A program made the translations under genes and the position numbers. Below are positions 19,355 through 26,922 of a stretch of 64,000 bases of DNA, one piece after another (position 1 is the first letter of the stretch; the number at the start of each line of letters is the position of its first letter). Origin of the DNA: Candidatus Uhrbacteria bacterium (GTDB lineage Bacteria; Patescibacteriota; Patescibacteriia; UBA9934; GWF2-40-263); assembly GCA_026395055.1 (NCBI GenBank), contig JAPLZK010000004.1, positions 273,891 through 337,890 on the forward strand. Direction: 5' to 3'. Under the pieces are notes generated by a model. The model was not told the DNA's origin, searched no databases, and worked only from the letters and a program-made list of their open reading frames with translations.

Positions 19355-19729
19355 CTAGTTGAAGTTTTGGATCCGCGCTCGTTCTTCGAGCATCGGAAGC
19401 ATGTCGATCACTTCGACGGACGTCAGGTGGATCATCCACTCGACGGTGTCGAGGCAAAGTTGCCGGCCGAGCTCGAACGCCCGGATCAGGTTAAGGACGC
19501 CGTTGCGGCCGATGAACGGTCCGCGGTCGCCGATGACCCAAGCAGGCGTTGCACCGAAGTGCGTCACAAGCTCGGTTTCGGAGACGCGATCGATTTCGCG
19601 CACAGCGAGTTCGATTTCGGCTTCGCACTTGAACAGGTTCAGGTCGAAGCCGGCTTCGATGAGCGCACGACGCGCACCACGGAATTCGACTCGGCCAGAA
19701 AGGGAAACGGGTTGATGCAAATGTTGCAT
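19355..19729 (-). CDS. Orphan protein, 124 aa
   Basis: AAGGAG SD, GC3-rich codons, protein-like composition. Confidence 0.75.
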   Translation of the reverse strand: MQHLHQPVSLSGRVEFRGARRALIEAGFDLNLFKCEAEIELAVREIDRVSETELVTHFGATPAWVIGDRGPFIGRNGVLNLIRAFELGRQLCLDTVEWMIHLTSVEVIDMLPMLEERARIQNFN

Positions 19730-19796
19730 CGGACTCCTTCATGCTCTTCGATTTCTCGAAGGCTGTTTGAACTGTTGAGAAACCAGGTACCAATTA

Positions 19797-19963
19797 GATC
19801 CAGAAAACTGGAGGCAAGGGATCCAGTGACCTCCCGAAGGCGGTGTAGACCATGAATATCTTGCGTATGAAATGAGTAAGCTTTCGCCTAGTCAAGCCAT
19901 TTGATATTCGCTAGATGTCCTTTCGGGATTATCTAGTTGCTCTCTCCTCCATTTCTCTAGATC
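19797..19963 (-). ncRNA. Conserved multi-branch 5' leader RNA motif, copy A
   Basis: Closing helix plus three hairpins; compensatory changes against copy B (22351-22531). Confidence 0.75.
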
Positions 19964-20096
19964 GAAACTGTTTTGAAGTTGTAAAGTCATGGAATAAAAG
20001 TGGTTTTCTGTTTGATGATTGTTTTAAGGAACAATCAAACAAAACCTTCCTTCACTCCATAACTTCACGACTCCATCGTGTTGTATTTTTTCTCTG

Positions 20097-20130
20097 CAAG
20101 ATGCCGCGAGTGTTGACTCACGAACTCTTG
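20097..20130 (-). other. Conserved 3' stem-loop, copy 2
   Basis: Minus strand CAAGA-GU-UCGUGAGU-caac-ACUCGCGG-CA-UCUUG. Confidence 0.75.
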
Positions 20131-20245
20131 GGAGACGACCGATGAATGAAAAGCGAGGTAGGGCTAATCATTCATCGGTCGTAAGGTCTTTGTTTATGAA
20201 GTCGTTAGACTCGACTTTGGAGCGGAAGCTTCAGGACGATTGCGA

Positions 20246-21451
20246 CTAGCGCATGTCGTCGATCAACTCCTCGCTCGCGCGGCGGCTCTGGTCGCCACGG
20301 CTGCCGCGTTCGCGACGGGCACCGGTCCAGGCATCCTGGTTTTTCCGGTACTCGTCGAGACCGGCCAGTTCGTCCGCCTTGGACATCTGCTGGCCGCGGT
20401 TGCTGCCGACCTGCTGCTTGGCCAGACGGTCGCGCTTCATTTCCGCCGACTTGCGCTGCGCCGCCTCTTCTGCCTCGGCCACCTTGATGCACGCCACCAA
20501 CTCCTCGAACGAGAGGGAGTTGTCGACGGTCATGCCCCACTCCTGCTGCTTGCGCGGGCCGCAGGTGAAGCGGGTCGCGGCGGCGTCGGGGGTGGGCGTG
20601 ATGCCGTTGCGGGTATTGTCCTTGATGACGGACAGCGCCGGGAAACGGGCGTCGCAGGCCTTGAAGACCGTGTTGTAGTACGAGCACCTCCGGAACAGGG
20701 TCCCGTTGTACTCGCCGACCTCACCGTACTTCAAGCCCTTGCAGAAGCTGGCCCAATTGGCCTTCTGCGCTTCGGCTTCGGCGTGCTTGGCTTGGCCGGC
20801 ACGGATGGTGCTGAGGCCGTTCGCCAGGCTGTTTCGCTCATCCTTCCACTGCGTGAACAGCGGGAGGTAGGCGTTGTCGATCAAGTTCTGCTCCGTCAGC
20901 AGATCCTGGCCGAGCTTGGCCTTGAGCACGTGCAGCGGGGCGATGCGCAACTGCTGGGCGGTGGCCTTGCGACCGCTACCCGCACAGGTGTACATCTGCT
21001 CCGGCTCCGCCTTGACCACGACCTTGACCACGGGGGCCTCGGGCGCGGCTTCGGCGACGACGGTATCGGCCACGACTTCGACTTCGGCCACGGGGGCTTC
21101 GGTCTCGGCCACGACTTCCACCGTCGGCTTCAGCGACGCGAGCTGCACTTCGTTCAGGCCGGCGAGGATTTCGCTCGGGCTGAACTGCTGCAACGCGGTG
21201 ACGCTGGCGCCGTTCTCGATCAGATCGGCGACCTTCGCCATCGTATCGAGACCCAGCAACTTGCCGTCCGGGCACAGGTACTCGGCCGTGATGCCCGCTT
21301 CGACCAACTTGGCCGCAGCGTCCACTGCCGGCTTGCCGCCGTTCGCAACCACGTTCTTCCGCTTCGCATCGATCACCTGATTCTTGGTCAGGCCGTCGAG
21401 GACGAGGTTGGCGTGGAGGATGGTGACGACGTTCGTGTAGAACTGGCTCAT
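20246..21451 (-). CDS. Orphan protein, 401 aa, with Ala/Glu/Val-rich linker and charged C-terminal helix
   Basis: CAGGAG SD; extreme G/C bias at third codon positions. Confidence 0.85.
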   Translation of the reverse strand: MSQFYTNVVTILHANLVLDGLTKNQVIDAKRKNVVANGGKPAVDAAAKLVEAGITAEYLCPDGKLLGLDTMAKVADLIENGASVTALQQFSPSEILAGLNEVQLASLKPTVEVVAETEAPVAEVEVVADTVVAEAAPEAPVVKVVVKAEPEQMYTCAGSGRKATAQQLRIAPLHVLKAKLGQDLLTEQNLIDNAYLPLFTQWKDERNSLANGLSTIRAGQAKHAEAEAQKANWASFCKGLKYGEVGEYNGTLFRRCSYYNTVFKACDARFPALSVIKDNTRNGITPTPDAAATRFTCGPRKQQEWGMTVDNSLSFEELVACIKVAEAEEAAQRKSAEMKRDRLAKQQVGSNRGQQMSKADELAGLDEYRKNQDAWTGARRERGSRGDQSRRASEELIDDMR

Positions 21452-21712
21452 GGAAAACTCCTGATTGCGTGAGTCATACGTGATGCTCGACGCTCTTGAT
21501 TGCTAGGACACCTGCTTATAACAGCAGGATCTGCGCTGCCGGGATCCACATGGACCCGATCAGTTTCTGTAGCGGACAGTTCCGCTCCATAAATCCGATC
21601 GTGTCGGGGAAGGAAAGTCAAAGAGTCGAAGAGTCTCGGAGGGGGAACTATTTTTTTAAAATAGAAACTTCCTTCACTTTTTGACTCTTTAACTTTTTGA
21701 CTTGTTTTTGAA

Positions 21713-21748
21713 TTCAGATGCCGCGAGTTTTCACTCACGATCTCTGAA
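21713..21748 (-). other. Conserved 3' stem-loop, copy 3
   Basis: Minus strand UUCAGA-GA-UCGUGAGU-gaaa-ACUCGCGG-CA-UCUGAA. Confidence 0.75.
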
Positions 21749-21965
21749 AGCTAGGCGACGGGCTGTGTTGAAAGGGAGTGCCTTCCTTCACAGCCGCGTC
21801 GCCAGATCTCGAGAAGAAGACTTGTGCCACTCAATGCTCGAGACATTGAGTCCACTGTATGTAATCCGCACCCGACCGCCTTACGTCAGATGTTTCCAGG
21901 TACAAACTTGCATTGTTCTAACCATTCCTTTGCTCTGTAAACCTGAGCGAGGTTGAAATGATCGG

Positions 21966-22100
21966 CTAGTTGCCGTTCATGGCGCGTTCACGATCGCGGA
22001 TCCGTTTGGCGAGGGCCAGCAGGTTGCGGGTCGAGTAGCGCCGGGGGTTGATGCAGCGGGCTTCCAACGTGTGGATTGCCGCGAGGATGTTTGCAGACAT
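21966..22100 (-). CDS. Small basic protein, 44 aa (MSANILAAIHTLEARCINPRRYSTRNLLALAKRIRDRERAMNGN)
   Basis: CAGGAG SD, GC3-rich codons. Confidence 0.7.
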   Translation of the reverse strand: MSANILAAIHTLEARCINPRRYSTRNLLALAKRIRDRERAMNGN

Positions 22101-22132
22101 GGAACTCCTGTCGGAACTTGTTGAAGTGGGGA

Positions 22133-22285
22133 CTACTTGTGCACGAGCATCGGGATGACGATCGAGCTGACGCCGAGGAGCAGAAGCACCAACGGGTTGG
22201 TGACGACGCTGACGCCGAACTCGACGATGTCTTTGGCCGAGGTGCTGCGGACGCTGAACTTGATGTTCGAGAGGACGGTATTCAC
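22133..22285 (-). CDS. Small membrane protein, 50 aa (MNTVLSNIKFSVRSTSAKDIVEFGVSVVTNPLVLLLLGVSSIVIPMLVHK)
   Basis: AGGAG SD before a GTG start, GC3-rich codons, C-terminal TM helix. Confidence 0.7.
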   Translation of the reverse strand: MNTVLSNIKFSVRSTSAKDIVEFGVSVVTNPLVLLLLGVSSIVIPMLVHK

Positions 22286-22350
22286 AGGGGCTCCTGATGC
22301 AAGCACTATCTAGTAGGCTCGCGCTGTAGTTTTCCCTTTGCCAATTCGTT

Positions 22351-22531
22351 CGGCGCAGGAATCCGGGAGTAGGTCGACTCAGTGACCGCCCGAAGGCAGG
22401 TGTGAATCATGAGTATCGTGCGTATGGAGTGAGTGAGGGTGAACCCAGTCAAACCATTTGATACTCACCGCTTTCATTCACCGAAGTGTTTTGAAAGACG
22501 GTTTGCTCTCTCCCCCCGAATTTCTGCGTCG
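22351..22531 (-). ncRNA. Conserved multi-branch 5' leader RNA motif, copy B
   Basis: Same fold and loop sequences as 19797-19963; two cUUCGg loops on the minus strand. Confidence 0.75.
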
Positions 22532-22564
22532 AGGTATATAAAAAGATCCATTGCTGCACGTATC

Positions 22565-22584
22565 CCTGCCTGCCGGCAGGCAAG
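22565..22584. repeat. Short palindromic repeat CCTGCCTGCCGGCAGGCA
   Basis: Palindromic core TGCCTGCCGGCAGGCA sitting in the loop of a longer hairpin. Confidence 0.6.
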
Positions 22585-22718
22585 CAAGCTTTGAGAGATA
22601 CGTAAAACAATAGATCTTCTTTGCTATTACCTAATGGGACCGATAGCTCGGCTCTCTCCCCGTTTGAGTTGTAAGGTTTGAAGTCTTTCTTCTTGCCTCA
22701 CTGCATCTTCGTGAACAT

Positions 22719-22747
22719 ACTATACCACTTTTTGTCAGTTTTGTCAA
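22719..22747 (-). promoter_or_regulatory. Near-consensus sigma70 promoter pointing into the island
   Basis: TTGACA-17 nt-TATAGT on the minus strand. Confidence 0.75.
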
Positions 22748-22823
22748 GACTCCAACCTAACAAACTAAGCTAATTATGCTAAATTTAGCTAAATCAATAT
22801 GTCAGGAAAGTCTGGAATAAAAA

Positions 22824-22932
22824 GAGGGGTAAGGGATTAGGGGCTAGGGACAAGAGGTGAAGGGCGAGGGATTAGGGATTAGTTAAGCAAATTGGCTACT
22901 AGTCCCTAATCCCTCGCCCCTCGTCCCTCCTC
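22824..22932. repeat. Degenerate heptamer tandem repeats with an inverted arm
   Basis: AGGGGTA/AGGGATT/AGGGGCT... followed by TCCCTAA/TCCCCTC... Confidence 0.7.
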
Positions 22933-22952
22933 ATGCTATAATTCCAATACTT

Positions 22953-23948
22953 ATGCCCTCATCTCCCTTTCACAACCTTATTGGGCATGAACGCGTTCAG
23001 GATGTTTTGGGTCGCATGATTACCCACGATCGTTTACCACATGCATTCCTGTTTGTGGGGCCGCATCACCTCGGAAAAACGTATGTGGCAAAGCAGTTAA
23101 TCCGTTTCTTAAGCGACCACCCCCAGCCCCTCCTTGTAAAGGAGGGGGGCTCGAGTGTTTCAATGGACGTTATTGAACTTGGGTGTCTCACAGATGAAAA
23201 GACGGGAAAGAAAAAAACACAGATTTCTGTGGAACAAGTTCGAGAAGTTTGTGAGCGACTTGCGATGAGTGCCATGAATGGTGGTTGGAAGATTGCCTTC
23301 ATTAAAGATGCAAATGTCCTTTCGAACGCAGCCGCGAATGCCTTGTTGAAAACACTTGAAGAGCCAAAAGGAAAAACATTGTTCATTCTGCGCGCACCAT
23401 CTGTTGAATCGGTTCTTCCAACGGTCGCATCGCGTTGTCAGGTCATGCGCTTTCATCCGGTTTCAAGAAGCACACTCGCGACAGCTCTTGTAAAAAAGGG
23501 TCATGCAAAACCAGACGCAGAACTCGCGGCGGCAATTTCGCTCGGTCGTCCTGGTCGAGCGTTGCGATATCTCACAAAGAGCGAAGACAGATCGCAAACA
23601 GATATTGGTGTTGAACAAGCAATCGAACTGTTCTCTTCTACACACGCAAAACAAATTCGTTTGACCTCGACGCTGCTTCCAAAAGAAGATGTGAACAAGC
23701 GTACGGCGGCTGACCAAACGGTTCGGTTGTGGCAGAGAGTCTTACGAGATGATCTGTTGCGACAGGTTGGATGCGAAGAATTGGTTGTCTATAAGGGGCA
23801 AGGGGTTCGGGGCAAGGGGTTAGAGGGAAAACATCCGAATCTGGTTCAGCTGATTCAAACATTGAAAAAAACAGAAGAGGGAAGAAGCGCGATTGCGCAT
23901 AATACCAATCCACAATTAACGTTAGAGCACATTTTATTTTCTCTATGA
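22953..23948 (+). CDS. holB: DNA polymerase III delta' subunit
   Basis: HAFLFVGP..LGK, AANALLKTLEEP, LPTVASRCQ. Confidence 0.92.
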   Translation: MPSSPFHNLIGHERVQDVLGRMITHDRLPHAFLFVGPHHLGKTYVAKQLIRFLSDHPQPLLVKEGGSSVSMDVIELGCLTDEKTGKKKTQISVEQVREVCERLAMSAMNGGWKIAFIKDANVLSNAAANALLKTLEEPKGKTLFILRAPSVESVLPTVASRCQVMRFHPVSRSTLATALVKKGHAKPDAELAAAISLGRPGRALRYLTKSEDRSQTDIGVEQAIELFSSTHAKQIRLTSTLLPKEDVNKRTAADQTVRLWQRVLRDDLLRQVGCEELVVYKGQGVRGKGLEGKHPNLVQLIQTLKKTEEGRSAIAHNTNPQLTLEHILFSL

Positions 23949-24991
23949 AAAAATTTCTTCCTCTTCTTGTCCTTCTCGTGCTTGCGGGTGCGGGTTGTTC
24001 AACAGCCGTCCCAACCGCCAATAAAGCAGACGGTGGTATTTTAAAAACCGTTGATGCCGGAAAAGTTTGGGTTCAAAGTTCTTTGGTTCCAACCGCAAAA
24101 GGAATCGGAACGCTTGCAACCGCAAACATTGTGACCATGGAAATGGATGCACAAGATAAAAATGTTTTATACGTTGGGACACGTGAAGACGGATTTCTTT
24201 ATTCTGACGATGCAGGTGCTTCTTGGCATCAACCAAGAGACAAAGCGTTATCAACAGGATTTATTCCGTCGCTCAAAGTCGATCCAAAAAATGTGTGTAC
24301 GGTTTATGTTGCAAAGGGGCAACGTTTGTACAAGTCTGTAGACTGTATGCGCACCTTCCAAAATGATGCGTACATTGAAAGCCGAGACAAAGTAAATGTC
24401 GTAAAGGTTGCGGTTGATTGGTTTGATCCACAAATTATCTGGATTGGACTTTCAAACGGAGATGTTCAAAAAAGTTTAGATGGTGGAAAGACTTGGAGTA
24501 ATTCGCTTCATGTGAAAGATATCATTACAGATATCCTCATCAACCAATCGGATAGTCGCATGGTGCTTGTTTCTACTTCCTTGAAAGGAATGATGAAAAC
24601 GGGTGATGGTGGTGCAACATGGGCCGCAGCAAATGTTCAAGGCATGAATGGAGCGTTAACGGTTTATGACATGATCCAGTCAAGTAATTCCGCAGTCGTG
24701 ATTGCAACAACAAAATACGGTTTGATTCGCTCAGGAGATTTTGGAGCAACGTGGAGCCCAATCAAACTTGTAAGCGCTCCAGGACAAGTAAACATCCAAG
24801 CGATTGGAATGGACGCCTCAAATCCGGATGTTCTGTATTACGCAACAACTGCTACGTTTTATAAGTCGCAAGACGGCGGAGCAACATGGCAAACGGGAAA
24901 ACTCCCCTCAAATCGCTTACCTCGCGCGATTTTGGTTGACCCAAGTGTGAATACCCTGTTATATATTGGAGTTGCCACGGAAGTGAAATAG
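23945..24991 (+). CDS. BNR/YCF48-like beta-propeller lipoprotein
   Basis: Lipobox-like LAGAGC; repeated S-x-D-x-G-x-T/S-W Asp boxes. Confidence 0.85.
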   Translation: MKKFLPLLVLLVLAGAGCSTAVPTANKADGGILKTVDAGKVWVQSSLVPTAKGIGTLATANIVTMEMDAQDKNVLYVGTREDGFLYSDDAGASWHQPRDKALSTGFIPSLKVDPKNVCTVYVAKGQRLYKSVDCMRTFQNDAYIESRDKVNVVKVAVDWFDPQIIWIGLSNGDVQKSLDGGKTWSNSLHVKDIITDILINQSDSRMVLVSTSLKGMMKTGDGGATWAAANVQGMNGALTVYDMIQSSNSAVVIATTKYGLIRSGDFGATWSPIKLVSAPGQVNIQAIGMDASNPDVLYYATTATFYKSQDGGATWQTGKLPSNRLPRAILVDPSVNTLLYIGVATEVK

Positions 24992-25019
24992 GGAGTTCAT
25001 CATATTATTTTTTCTTGTT

Positions 25020-25574
25020 ATGCATATATTTCTGTCAGCCAATAAACCCCAGTTCGATACCGTATTAGATCACCTGCACAAAGAGTTGAATACGCTCCGT
25101 ACCGGACGTGCAACACCACAGCTTGTGGAAGATATTCGTGTAAATGCCTATGACTCCATCATGGAGTTGAAAGGTCTTGCTTCTATTTCTGTTCAAGATG
25201 CAAAAACAATCGTGATTGATCCATGGGACAAAGGACTTACACAAGCCATTGAAAAAGCGATTCGTGATTCTGGGACAGGACTTTCTCCTGCGGCAGACGG
25301 CGGAGTGATTCGCATCATGTTACCTTCCATGACAGAAGAGAATCGATTGAAGCTTGTGAAACTCATGAAAGAAAAGATTGAGGATTCTCGTATTGCACTG
25401 CGTGGTGTACGCGAAGGTGTGCGTGACGAAATTCTTGAAAAAGAAAAAAATAAAGACATGAGTGAAGACGAAAAGTTTAAGTTGCTCGATGAACTCGAGA
25501 AACTCACAAAAGATTTTAATGAACAGATTTCTGCCATGGCAGAAAAGAAGGAAGATGAAATCATGACTGTGTAA
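25020..25574 (+). CDS. frr: Ribosome recycling factor
   Basis: LRTGRATP, PWDK, IEKAI, MTEENR. Confidence 0.96.
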   Translation: MHIFLSANKPQFDTVLDHLHKELNTLRTGRATPQLVEDIRVNAYDSIMELKGLASISVQDAKTIVIDPWDKGLTQAIEKAIRDSGTGLSPAADGGVIRIMLPSMTEENRLKLVKLMKEKIEDSRIALRGVREGVRDEILEKEKNKDMSEDEKFKLLDELEKLTKDFNEQISAMAEKKEDEIMTV

Positions 25575-25576
25575 TT

Positions 25577-26902
25577 ATGGATGCAAAAAACATCACCATG
25601 GAAAAAATTGTTTCCCTCGCGAAAACGCGCGGGTTTGTTTTTCCTGGTTCCGATATTTACGGCGGACTCGCAAACTCCTGGGACTACGGTCCTCTTGGAG
25701 TTGAGCTCAAAAATAACATTAAACAAACGTGGTGGAAGATGTTTGTGCAAGAACGTCTCGACATGGTCGGAATCGACGCTGCACTCATCATGAATCCAAA
25801 AGTATGGGAAGCGTCTGGGCACGTGGCTACGTTTTCTGATCCTCTTGTTGAATGTAAAACCTGTCACGAGCGTTATCGCGCGGATCAAATCGATCTTGCG
25901 GCACCTTGTGCGAAATGTGGAAACAAAGGAACATTTACGGAACCCGCATCATTTAACTTGATGATGAAAACCTGGCTTGGTCCAAAAGAAGACGCGTCTG
26001 CTGTTGCGTACTTCCGACCAGAAACCGCACAGGCAATGTTTGTAGATTTTCCAAACGTGCTGACATCCAGCCGTAAGCGTGTTCCATTTGGAATGGCACA
26101 AATTGGAAAAGCGTTTCGTAATGAAATTACTCCAGGAAACTTTATTTTCCGTACACGCGAATTCGAACAAATGGAAATCGAGTACTTCGTGCATCCATCG
26201 GATTGGGAGAAATACTTCGAGGATTGGCTCGCAAACATGTACAAGTTTATGGATCGCGTTGGAATTGATGCATCTCGTTCACACAATCTCGAAGTTGAGA
26301 AGGATGAGCTCGCTCATTACTCGAAACGTACAGTGGACATTGAATTTGATTATCCGTTCGGACGAAAGGAATTGTATGGACTCGCGTACCGCACAGACTT
26401 CGATCTGACAACGCACGCAAAGCACTCGGGTTCGAATATCGTTTATACAGATCCAATCACAAACGAAAAATATGTTCCACACGTAATCGAGCCATCCTTT
26501 GGTGTAGATCGAACCGTTCTTGCCGTGTTGCTCTCTGCATACGACGAGGAAACGGTCGCATCTGAAGAAGGGGACGGTGATACGCGTGTTGTACTTCGAT
26601 TCAAAAAAGAAATTGCTCCCATCAAGATTGCTATTCTTCCACTCTCAAAGAAAGAAGAGCTTTCAAATGTTGCGCGCCCAATTGCAGAAGGTCTCGCAAA
26701 GCACTGGCGTGTTGATTACGATGAGACTCAGTCGATCGGAAAGCGTTACCGCCGCCAAGACGAAATTGGAACGCCTTACTGTGTGACTGTGGACTTTGAT
26801 TCTCTTGAGGATAAAGCCGTCACTATTCGCGATCGCGACACCATGAAACAAGAGCGTGTGCCAATTGCAGAGCTCGAAGCATGGTTCAAGAAACAATTCT
26901 AA
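25577..26902 (+). CDS. glyQS: Glycine--tRNA ligase (alpha2 type)
   Basis: DYGPLG, WEASGH, RPETAQ, FRTREFEQME, VIEPSFG, IGKRYRRQDEIGTP. Confidence 0.97.
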   Translation: MDAKNITMEKIVSLAKTRGFVFPGSDIYGGLANSWDYGPLGVELKNNIKQTWWKMFVQERLDMVGIDAALIMNPKVWEASGHVATFSDPLVECKTCHERYRADQIDLAAPCAKCGNKGTFTEPASFNLMMKTWLGPKEDASAVAYFRPETAQAMFVDFPNVLTSSRKRVPFGMAQIGKAFRNEITPGNFIFRTREFEQMEIEYFVHPSDWEKYFEDWLANMYKFMDRVGIDASRSHNLEVEKDELAHYSKRTVDIEFDYPFGRKELYGLAYRTDFDLTTHAKHSGSNIVYTDPITNEKYVPHVIEPSFGVDRTVLAVLLSAYDEETVASEEGDGDTRVVLRFKKEIAPIKIAILPLSKKEELSNVARPIAEGLAKHWRVDYDETQSIGKRYRRQDEIGTPYCVTVDFDSLEDKAVTIRDRDTMKQERVPIAELEAWFKKQF

Positions 26903-26922
26903 AAATACTTTGCGATTCTCTT

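Noticed and set aside
19824-19909. c-di-GMP-I (GEMM-I) riboswitch call for the 5' motif
   Set aside because: CAAA, ACGCAA and GGUCUA resemble it in copy A, but copy B lacks the GAAA loop and GGUCUA, and the pairing topology differs. Left unassigned pending cmscan.
19166-21472. Plus-strand 229-aa and 410-aa ORFs
   Set aside because: Antisense shadows of SD-led, GC3-biased minus-strand genes.
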